Shown piece by piece: positions 9,818-18,136 of a stretch of DNA of 35,043 nucleotides. The notes below the pieces were generated by a model that ran no database searches, was not told the DNA's origin, and was given only the letters and a program-made list of their open reading frames with translations. This DNA comes from Wolbachia sp. GTDB lineage: Bacteria; Pseudomonadota; Alphaproteobacteria; Rickettsiales; Anaplasmataceae. The number at the start of each line of letters is the position of its first letter. Within the stretch, counting starts at the first letter, position 1. The stretch covers positions 1 through 35,043 of the forward strand of contig JARBCG010000042.1 of NCBI GenBank assembly GCA_028803175.1, in the 5' to 3' direction. The position numbers were made by a program, and so were the translations under genes.

Positions 9818-12427
9818 TCATTCAAGTATGTAATTTAACACTCCACCACTTTTTAGATATTCCACTTCAGTCAGTGTCTCAATACGGCATTTTAACTGAA
9901 TTATTTGCTCAGAATTATCGCTTTTCCTTATGAGACATTCCAGATTTGCATGAGGCATTATTTTTCCTTCTATGCTAACTATTTCACTACCGTCAAATAT
10001 TTTTCTAGTTATTCCACTTTGAAATACAAGCGGAAGAACACCCATACCAATCAAATTAGATCTATGTATACGTTCAAAGCTTTCTGCAATGACGGCCTTC
10101 ACTCCAAGCAATAAAGTACCCTTTGCTGCCCAATCTCTACTTGAACCTATTCCATATTCTTTTCCTGCCACAATAACTAGAGGCACGTTATTTTCCTTAT
10201 AACGCATTGCTGCGTCAAAGATTGACATAGTTTCTCCTGAAGGAATATGTTTCGTATAACATCCTTCAATATTAACCATTTCATTTTTTATTCTGATATT
10301 GGCAAAAGTTCCTCGCATCATTACGTTGTGATTGCCGCGACGAGATCCATAAGAATTGAAATTTTGAATCTCAATTCCAAGACTCTTTAAATAAATACCT
10401 GCAGGACTACTTGAAGCAATGTTACCAGCTGGAGAGATATGATCAGTAGTGATGCTATCACCAAGCATTGCTAATATTTGTGCATTTTTTATATTAATTA
10501 CATCATCTTCGTTATCTGTAAGCGATAAATTATCAAAATAAGGCGGATTTTGTATATAGCTGCTGCTTGTATCCCAATTATAGATTTCACTTTTTTCACA
10601 CTTTATCTTTTTCCAGTGTTCATCGCCAGAGAATACATCCTTATATTTTTCTATAAACATTTCACGTGTTACCATTTTGCTCACATAATCTTCGATCTCA
10701 TGATTTGTTGGCCATATATCCTTGAGATAAACATTATTTCCATTTTTGTCTTTACATATTGGGTCTTTAGTTAAGTCAATTTTCACAGTACCAGCAAGAG
10801 CATAAGCCACGACAAGTGGTGGAGATGCCAGATAGTTAGCTTTAACTAAAGGGTGAACTCTTCCCTCAAAATTACGATTACCAGATAAAACCGCTGCAAC
10901 AGTTAAATTTTTGTTTTTAATATCATCTTCTATATCTTTATTGAGTGGACCAGAATTTCCTATGCATGTGGTGCAACCATACCCAACCAAGTTAAAACCT
11001 AGAGAATTTAAATCCTCTTGTAGTCCAGATTTTTCAAGATACTCCGTTACAATTTTTGATCCTGGTGCAAGTGAGGTTTTAACCCAAAGCTTTGATTTTA
11101 ATCCAAGTTTTATCGCATTGCGTGCAACAAGACCTGCCGCCATCATTACACTCGGATTGGAAGTATTAGTACAACTCGTTATTGCTGCGATCACTACACT
11201 TCCATCTCGAAACTCAATTTCTAGTGGCAATTTTGTTTGCTCGTGCTCCTCAATTGAAAATGATGTATAGAAAGATTCTGTGACTTGCGATAGAGAAATC
11301 TTGTCTTGAGGTCTTTTAGGGCCAGCCATTACTGGCTCTACATTTGATAAATCAAGTTCTAATGTGTTAAAAAATACTAGATCATCATTAATACGCCACA
11401 ATCCTTGTTCTTTTGCATACACTTCAACTAGCTTTATTAATTCTTCTGATCTTCCAGTTAAATGTAAATAGTCTAGAGTTTTTTGATCAATAGGAAAGAA
11501 ACCGCAAGTTGCACCATACTCTGGAGCCATGTTTGCTATAGTGGCCCTGTCTGCCAAAGATAAAAAATCTAGCCCGTTACCATAAAATTCTACAAATTTG
11601 CCTACAACACCTTTTGTTCTTAAAATATTTGTAATTGTAAGTACTAAATCAGTAGCGGTAACTCCTTCAGAGAGTTTGCCTGTAAGCTTAAATCCTATTA
11701 CTTCTGGAATAACCATGCTAATTGATTGGTCGAGCATTACAGATTCAGCTTCTATTCCACCAACACCCCAGCCCAAGATTGATAAACCATTGGTCATCGT
11801 GGTGTGACTGTCAGTGCCAACTAGAGTGTCAGGGTATACAAAACCATTATTATTGCAAACAACTTGTGCTAAATATTCTAAATTCACTTGATGACAAATT
11901 CCTGTGCCAGGTGGTACTACTCTAAAATTTGTGAGAGATGCTTCCCCCCACTTTAAAAACTGGTACCTTTCTAAGTTTCTTTTTACTTCTAGTTCAACAT
12001 TCTTGCTGAAAGCGGAATTACTTCCATAACTATCCACCTGAACAGAGTGGTCAATCACAAGATCAACAGGAACTGAAGGATTGATATTACTTGGATTTCC
12101 TCCTTTTTTCTTCACATAGCTGCGCATTGAAGCTAAATCGACAAGAGCTGGCACCCCTGTAAAATCCTGCATCAATACTCTTGCTGGTTTATAACTGATT
12201 TCATGATTAGCATGTTTATTAACACAATTTGCTAGTATTTTGATATCATCTAATTTTACGTTAACTCCATCCTCATTACGCAATAAATTTTCAAATAAAA
12301 CCTTAAGTGAACAAGGTAATTTAGATATATCTACACCTAGGAATTTGCTAGCAGCACTTAAACTGAAGTAATTGTATGACTTTCCATCAATATTTAAGAT
12401 TGTTTTTGAATTTAAAGAATTATTCAT
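9818..12427 (-). CDS. acnA: Aconitate hydratase A
   Basis: MQDFTGVPA, GTDSHTTM, AITSCTNTSNP, GCTTCIGNSG, GSSRDWAAKG. Confidence 0.98.
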   Translation of the reverse strand: MNNSLNSKTILNIDGKSYNYFSLSAASKFLGVDISKLPCSLKVLFENLLRNEDGVNVKLDDIKILANCVNKHANHEISYKPARVLMQDFTGVPALVDLASMRSYVKKKGGNPSNINPSVPVDLVIDHSVQVDSYGSNSAFSKNVELEVKRNLERYQFLKWGEASLTNFRVVPPGTGICHQVNLEYLAQVVCNNNGFVYPDTLVGTDSHTTMTNGLSILGWGVGGIEAESVMLDQSISMVIPEVIGFKLTGKLSEGVTATDLVLTITNILRTKGVVGKFVEFYGNGLDFLSLADRATIANMAPEYGATCGFFPIDQKTLDYLHLTGRSEELIKLVEVYAKEQGLWRINDDLVFFNTLELDLSNVEPVMAGPKRPQDKISLSQVTESFYTSFSIEEHEQTKLPLEIEFRDGSVVIAAITSCTNTSNPSVMMAAGLVARNAIKLGLKSKLWVKTSLAPGSKIVTEYLEKSGLQEDLNSLGFNLVGYGCTTCIGNSGPLNKDIEDDIKNKNLTVAAVLSGNRNFEGRVHPLVKANYLASPPLVVAYALAGTVKIDLTKDPICKDKNGNNVYLKDIWPTNHEIEDYVSKMVTREMFIEKYKDVFSGDEHWKKIKCEKSEIYNWDTSSSYIQNPPYFDNLSLTDNEDDVINIKNAQILAMLGDSITTDHISPAGNIASSSPAGIYLKSLGIEIQNFNSYGSRRGNHNVMMRGTFANIRIKNEMVNIEGCYTKHIPSGETMSIFDAAMRYKENNVPLVIVAGKEYGIGSSRDWAAKGTLLLGVKAVIAESFERIHRSNLIGMGVLPLVFQSGITRKIFDGSEIVSIEGKIMPHANLECLIRKSDNSEQIIQLKCRIETLTEVEYLKSGGVLNYILE
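11210..11234. repeat. RPE1-like palindromic-element remnant within acnA
   Basis: Encodes part of TKLPLEIEF, resembling the recalled RPE1 peptide end SKLPLE.[KE]F; 21/25 identical to 20307-20331. Confidence 0.5.
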
Positions 12428-12498
12428 CTCACCTTATGTTATATATACAGATATATTACAACATATTAGTTAAAATTAGAATTACTACCATTGCTTTT

Positions 12499-12987
12499 TT
12501 ACTGCCTACTCTGTTGTTCATACATAGTTTCGAAATCTATAGGATCTAGCATAAGAGGAGGAAATCCACTACTACTGGTAATTCTTGCAATTATTTCTCT
12601 TGCAAAAGGAAAAAGAAAAATAGGTGCATCAACAAATAACCATTTTTTTAGCTCTTCATCCAGTGTTTGAGAATTTTCCATTGAAAAAATACCACAGTAT
12701 TTTATTTCGCAAACAAAAGCTATATTCTCTTTACTATCGTTTGTTTGTGACGCAGTTTTTATTTTTTCTGTATCTTGTATTGTTGCCTTTATTTCTACAT
12801 GTAAAGTAATTTCATGAAAAGATTTCTCTTTAGATCCTCCTTCTTTTCCTTCTAATCTGACTGAATTTATGTTGACCATGACGTTGATATCAGGCGCTTT
12901 GTTCGAAGCAAGAAAAGGTGAATTTGGATTCTCAAATGATAAATCTTTAATATATTGACCATGGATTCTCATTTTTTGCTGTTGCAT
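12499..12987 (-). CDS. secB: Protein-export chaperone SecB
   Basis: QYIKDLSFENPNSP, LFPFAREII, GFPPLMLDPIDF. Confidence 0.96.
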   Translation of the reverse strand: MQQQKMRIHGQYIKDLSFENPNSPFLASNKAPDINVMVNINSVRLEGKEGGSKEKSFHEITLHVEIKATIQDTEKIKTASQTNDSKENIAFVCEIKYCGIFSMENSQTLDEELKKWLFVDAPIFLFPFAREIIARITSSSGFPPLMLDPIDFETMYEQQSRQ

Positions 12988-13161
12988 CTTTTTATATCTC
13001 CTTTATTCAGTTGAAATATTTAACATTTTCTTATATAATATATTCATTTATAAATGAATAGCAAATCCAATTACAAGTTGGTATTAAACAACCTTGCAAT
13101 TTCATTTTCATTAATAGTTAATAATGTTTAGATATTCTATACGCCAAGGAGTTGAGTTACT

Positions 13162-13842
13162 ATGATAGAGCTTGTAATATATGCTTTATTAGCAGCATTT
13201 ATTTTTTCACGTTTATATAATTCTTTAGGAAGGTCAACCAACCTCAATCTCACAAAACTAACTAGCATATTAGATATAAATAAAAGAGAAGAAGATGTAT
13301 TAGAAAATGTTGAAGATTATATCAACATTAATAGTGCTGACAAAAATTCAATAATATCTGCTCATGAACAGATATTGAAAAAAAACAAAGATTTCTCTGT
13401 TGCTCACTTCATGAAGGGTTCAAATATAGCTTTTGAATTAATCATACAATATTTCAATCAAGGAAATTTGACACAACTAAAACCTCTTCTTGATAAAGAT
13501 TTATACAATAATTTCACGGAGAAGATTAAACATCGAGAAGAGTTAGACGAAAATCATGAATCTACAATAGTTTCTATTTTTTCACAGAAGATTGAAGAAA
13601 TAAAATTAGTAAAAAATATAGTATTTATTGCAGTATCCTTCTTTTCAGAGCAAATTAATTTCATTAAAGATAGCTCAGGAAATATTATATCAGGCAGCAC
13701 GTCTACTATTAATAAAGTTGAGGATGTATGGCAATTTAAGAAGAACATTAATTCGTCAGATCCAAGCTGGTTACTTGTTTCTATTAACTATAAAAAGGCG
13801 GGCAATGATAAGGATTTAGCAACAAATAGCAAGTACAGTTAG
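13162..13842 (+). CDS. Tim44/TimA family adaptor protein
   Basis: N-terminal TM helix, F..GS..AFE.I, SEQINF..D, DVWQF, DPSWLL; conserved position between secB and dnaQ. Confidence 0.88.
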   Translation: MIELVIYALLAAFIFSRLYNSLGRSTNLNLTKLTSILDINKREEDVLENVEDYININSADKNSIISAHEQILKKNKDFSVAHFMKGSNIAFELIIQYFNQGNLTQLKPLLDKDLYNNFTEKIKHREELDENHESTIVSIFSQKIEEIKLVKNIVFIAVSFFSEQINFIKDSSGNIISGSTSTINKVEDVWQFKKNINSSDPSWLLVSINYKKAGNDKDLATNSKYS

Positions 13843-13862
13843 TCTTATTTGTGTGTTTGGTA

Positions 13863-14570
13863 ATGCAAAATAAGCTACGTGAAATAGTACTTGATACCGA
13901 AACAACTGGTCTTGATACTAAATCGGGTCACCGCATTATTGAAATAGGGTGTGTGGAATTAATTAATCGTATCCAAACAGGTAATGTATTTCATCAATAT
14001 ATCAACCCAGAAAGAGATATACCTTATCACTCTTTTAAAATTCATGGAATTAGTGAAAATTTTGTAAGAGATAAACCACCATTTTCAGATATAGCGCTTG
14101 AATTTCTTGACTTCATATCTAATGATATTTTAGTAATTCATAACGCTGAATTCGATGTTAGGTTCCTTAATATGGAGTTGGAAAAGCTAAATGCCGAACT
14201 CATTTGTTCTGATAGGGTAATAGATACTCTACCTCTTGCAAGAAATAAATTTGCAGGATCGCCTGCTTCTTTAAATGCACTATGTAAGCGTTTTGACATA
14301 TCATTAGAAGATAGAGAATTGCACGGAGCATTGATAGATGCTCAATTGCTTGCAAAAGTATATGTTGAGCTGACAGGAGGATTACAAACTTTTTTGTTTA
14401 GTAGTGAAGAAGATCAAGAAGGTGGTGGAACATTTGTCCAGCATAAAACACATAATTTAACTCCTAGAGAACATCTTCCAAGTGATGATGAAGTTAATGC
14501 ACACAAAAAACTACTGGAACAGATCAACAATCCACTTTGGAAGGAATATATTGAACAAACTGATAAGTAA
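13863..14570 (+). CDS. dnaQ: DNA polymerase III epsilon subunit (likely ATG start 13863)
   Basis: LDTETTGL, HNAEFD, HGALIDAQLLA, C-terminal Q..L motif. Confidence 0.96.
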   Translation: MQNKLREIVLDTETTGLDTKSGHRIIEIGCVELINRIQTGNVFHQYINPERDIPYHSFKIHGISENFVRDKPPFSDIALEFLDFISNDILVIHNAEFDVRFLNMELEKLNAELICSDRVIDTLPLARNKFAGSPASLNALCKRFDISLEDRELHGALIDAQLLAKVYVELTGGLQTFLFSSEEDQEGGGTFVQHKTHNLTPREHLPSDDEVNAHKKLLEQINNPLWKEYIEQTDK

Positions 14571-14603
14571 AGTTATAATACAATTTTATTTTAAGCATAT
14601 TTC

Positions 14604-15212
14604 ATGATAAAATTAGTAAGATTACTATCTAATATATTAATGGTATTGGCAATAGCTTTTGTAGGTTATTGTTACTTTACTGAAAAGGGTATCTTTGCTA
14701 CAACAGCAATCCATAGTGAAGAGGTAAAAATTGGTGGAGATTTTTCTTTAATGAACCAAGAAGGACAGATTATACATAGTAGTGACTTTAAGGATAAGTA
14801 TAAGCTAATTTTCTTTGGATTTTCTTCATGCAAACGCATTTGTCCTATGAATCTTGGAATTATTTCTGAAACGCTGGCAAAGTTGGATGAGAAAGCTAAT
14901 GACAAACTACGGACATTTTTTATCACAGTTGATCCTGAGCGCGATAGTGTGGAGAGACTTAAAGAATTCCAACAACAATTTGATAACAGGATACAAATGT
15001 TAACTGGGGATAAGAAGAAAATAGACGAAGTAATTTCAAAATACAGAGTTTACGTGAGCAATGTAGGTGGAGAAGAGGAAATTAATCATTCTTCGATTAT
15101 GTATCTAGTTGGTCCTGATGAAAAATATGTTACACACTTTGCAGCTGATCTAAACTCAGATGAAAGTCAATCTGATAAAATTTTAGCTTGGATAAAGAAA
15201 TATATAAACTAA
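14604..15212 (+). CDS. SCO1/SenC family copper chaperone
   Basis: TM anchor, IGGDFSL, FGFSSCKRICP (CxxxC), ITVDPERD, NHSSIMYL. Confidence 0.93.
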   Translation: MIKLVRLLSNILMVLAIAFVGYCYFTEKGIFATTAIHSEEVKIGGDFSLMNQEGQIIHSSDFKDKYKLIFFGFSSCKRICPMNLGIISETLAKLDEKANDKLRTFFITVDPERDSVERLKEFQQQFDNRIQMLTGDKKKIDEVISKYRVYVSNVGGEEEINHSSIMYLVGPDEKYVTHFAADLNSDESQSDKILAWIKKYIN

Positions 15213-15246
15213 GTTTAGGCTTAGGACTGTTTTTAACTTATTTTTC

Positions 15247-16707
15247 ATGATTAAGCTAAATAAATACAAAAATCAAAACGTTGCGGTTCTTGGTCTTGGT
15301 AAAACTGGCTTATCCGCTATTAATGCCCTAATGAACAGTGGAGCAAAAGTATATGCATGGGATGATGATGAAGGACAGATTTTAAATGCAAAAGAAATAT
15401 ATAAAAAGTGTAATTTTATTCATCCGAAAGAATACAATTGGCAGGAGATAAATGCGTTAATTTTAAGCCCAGGAATATCATTCACATACCCAGAACCGCA
15501 TTGGATAGTGAAACTTACAAAAAGCTTTGAGTGCAAAATCAAATCAGATATTGAGTTATTTCTTGAAGCTAAAACTAGAAATCAGAAAGTAGTAGGCGTT
15601 ACAGGAACGAATGGTAAATCTACTACTACGTCACTAATAGGACACATATTAGAACTCGCAGGAAAAAGAGTAGGCATTGGAGGAAATTTAGGCAATCCTG
15701 TTTTAAACTTAAGTGAAAATGAAGAAATTTATGTAATTGAACTCTCCTCTTTTCAGTTAGAGCTACTCAACAGCACCTCTGTCGTTCCAGCGCTTGACGC
15801 TGGAATCAATGTTTCTTGCGATGAATTACAATATAAAACCACTCAGATAACAGAGGTAGATATTGTAGTATTATTAAATATCACACCAGATCACATAGAT
15901 AGGCATGGAAGTATGGAAAATTACATAGCAACTAAATTAAAGCTAATAAATGGTAGTAAAACAGCAGTGATAGGATGTGATAATAAAATTACTGCTGATA
16001 TATTTAATAATTTCACTGGAAGTAAAGTTTCAATATCTGGAAGACATTCAGTGAAGAATGGTATATCATTAATAGACAATAACTTGTTTGATTACGGGAA
16101 GTGTCTGCCAATAGATGATGCAAAAATAAATTTGATTTCCAATGCAGAAAACGTAGCATCTGCGTACGCGGTGTGTAAGTTACTCGAAGTAGATAGTAGC
16201 ACTATTATTAACGGAATTAGATCTTTTTCAGGGCTAAGGCATAGAAATGAACTGCTTGGTAAGATAAGAAATGTGTCATTTGTGAACGATAGCAAAGCAA
16301 CTAATGCTGAATCAAGTGAAAAAGCAATTTTGTCTTATGGGAATATATATTGGATTGTTGGTGGGAGAAGTAAGGAGGGTGGTATAACACAACTAAATGA
16401 GTATTTTTCCAGAATTAAAAAGGCATTTCTAATTGGAGAGTCAACCGGAAATTTTGCAAATATCATGAAAAATAAAGTGGATTTTGTGGAATGTAGTAAT
16501 CTGAAAAATGCATTTGAATTGGCTTGTGAGGAAGCCTTTGACCATAAAGAAGAAATAACAATATTGCTTTCTCCTGCCTGTGCTTCTCTTGATCAGTGGA
16601 AGAATTTTGCAGAACGTGGTGAAGCTTTCTGTAAAATGTTTAAAAATTTAAAAGATTCACTTACAATAGCACATACAACTTCAATAGAATATCAAAGTGG
16701 CAAGTAA
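15247..16707 (+). CDS. murD: UDP-MurNAc-L-Ala--D-Glu ligase with in-frame palindromic insertion
   Basis: VLGLGKTG, TGTNGKSTT, ELSSFQL, LNITPDHIDRH, NDSKATN, LSPACAS. Confidence 0.97.
   Translation: MIKLNKYKNQNVAVLGLGKTGLSAINALMNSGAKVYAWDDDEGQILNAKEIYKKCNFIHPKEYNWQEINALILSPGISFTYPEPHWIVKLTKSFECKIKSDIELFLEAKTRNQKVVGVTGTNGKSTTTSLIGHILELAGKRVGIGGNLGNPVLNLSENEEIYVIELSSFQLELLNSTSVVPALDAGINVSCDELQYKTTQITEVDIVVLLNITPDHIDRHGSMENYIATKLKLINGSKTAVIGCDNKITADIFNNFTGSKVSISGRHSVKNGISLIDNNLFDYGKCLPIDDAKINLISNAENVASAYAVCKLLEVDSSTIINGIRSFSGLRHRNELLGKIRNVSFVNDSKATNAESSEKAILSYGNIYWIVGGRSKEGGITQLNEYFSRIKKAFLIGESTGNFANIMKNKVDFVECSNLKNAFELACEEAFDHKEEITILLSPACASLDQWKNFAERGEAFCKMFKNLKDSLTIAHTTSIEYQSGK
15780..15807 (+). 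repeat. WPE-like palindromic element arm in murD
   Basis: TGTCG-TTCCAGCG-cttga-CGCTGGAA-TC, perfect 8-bp stem. Confidence 0.85.
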
Positions 16708-17299
16708 CGAAATAAAACTAATAATAGATGAATTAATTAAAGCTATACCGTTTGAAGGGGTAAGCGATAAAACATTATTAAAGGTATGTACAGATCTTAA
16801 TTTAGCTAATAGCTTTTGTAAATTTCAAAATGGAATATATAGTGCTTTGGAATACATAGCAGAAGATTTAAATGACTCAATGGAAGCAGAGCTACAGAAC
16901 TCTAACTTAGAAGACATGAAGATACGTGAGCGAATAAAATTGGCAGTTCAAGTGCGTCTTTCAAATTATGCTAAGTTGCCTAACTACAGAGAATTTTTAA
17001 AGAGTATTTTATCATTCTCCATGTGGCCAAGAAATACATACTTTTCCAGTAAACTTTTATGTAAGACTGTTAACGCAATTTGGTATGGTATTAATGACCA
17101 ATCAACAGACTTTAATTACTACACAAAACGAGCGATATTAGCGGGAGTATATTTAAGTACAATGTTTTTCTTCATTAATGATTATTCAGAAGATTTTACC
17201 GATACATTATCGTTTCTTGACATACGTATTAACAATGTAATGACATTTCAAAAATTCAAAGCTCGTCTTAAAAAGATAATAAATTTGTACGTAATATAG
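16697..17299 (+). CDS. COQ9 family (rpsU-divergently-transcribed type) protein
   Basis: IPFEG, KIRERIK.AV..RL, IWY..D.STDFNYYTKRAILAGVY. Confidence 0.9.
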   Translation: MASNEIKLIIDELIKAIPFEGVSDKTLLKVCTDLNLANSFCKFQNGIYSALEYIAEDLNDSMEAELQNSNLEDMKIRERIKLAVQVRLSNYAKLPNYREFLKSILSFSMWPRNTYFSSKLLCKTVNAIWYGINDQSTDFNYYTKRAILAGVYLSTMFFFINDYSEDFTDTLSFLDIRINNVMTFQKFKARLKKIINLYVI

Positions 17300-17314
17300 A
17301 GTTGTGCAACAGAT

Positions 17315-17950
17315 TTATTTCTTGCTAGAAAATTTATTATATCCGCACAAGGTAATATTAAACGTATAAGTTTTAATACCCTGGTCGTTACGGGAAAGTG
17401 GTGCTATCAGCAGACTTGCTAATCCACTACCAAAAAATCTTCAAGAATAAGGTCGATACAGTTATCACAACAATTATTAGTAAAAAACATTTGTGTTGTG
17501 AATTCCGAAAAATCTGGATGTTGAACTAAAAAATTTACATGTAACGCTCTATCACTACTTTTGCTAGGCATTATTGTAATAAAGTTATAATAACCAAGAT
17601 TATTTATAATGAATCTTCCTGACCAAGCAAAGTCTGGTTCATGCTGATTATCGTCTATATTCTCATCATAATGGTTTACACCACAAGCATTTGCGTGTCA
17701 TATGGAAATCACAACATTTTCTATTGGCAAAAAGTTTACATCAGTGACTCTACCTACTATGTATATCAGCTTTCCAGCTGCACTATTTGGAGAACCAGGT
17801 TTTCTTCATAAATTGTTTAAGGAGTTAAAATTTTTAGGAGCCGTATCAAGATCATATATTTCTGGAGTTTCAATGCAGTTAAGTAAAATAGGATCAGCTG
17901 CAAATAACTGTAAACTACACATATCAGATTATAGCAGCTTTTTTCTTTTG
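17315..17950 (-). pseudogene. Intradiol ring-cleavage dioxygenase (protocatechuate 3,4-dioxygenase beta-like) pseudogene
   Basis: Manual translation from 17922 gives ..NNL*RKPG..IVGRVTDVNFLPIENVVISI*HANACG..GRF....GYYNFITIMP....RALHVNFLV...FTTQMFF. TGA at 17806-17808 and 17698-17700; frameshift near the A6 run at 17432-17437. Confidence 0.85.
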
Positions 17951-18136
17951 TTAAAGATCTGACATTATTTTGGATAGTCCACTTAGTGAAAAACGTTGAA
18001 GAAGGATGTAATCTAAAGTATAGGAATGCCAATCTGATATTTTGTTTAATCGCTTAATGGATTGACGTCCTATTTTGGCGAACTGGAAGAGACTTAATGG
18101 CAATATGCCTAATAATGCCATGGCATGTTTTCTTCC

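Noticed and set aside
3114-12427. pyrC-pdxH-pyrD-putA-acnA as a novel metabolic operon
   Set aside because: Ordinary housekeeping genes; co-orientation in a rearranged Wolbachia genome is not evidence of a new system.
12715-12785. Possible extra loop in SecB (EKIKTASQTNDSKEN) as another palindromic insertion
   Set aside because: No TGTCA tag, hairpin or similarity to the other arms; this loop is variable in SecB.
17702-18032. ORFs 17702-17962 (+) and 17817-18032 (-) as genes
   Set aside because: They are the antisense and alternate frames of the dioxygenase pseudogene.
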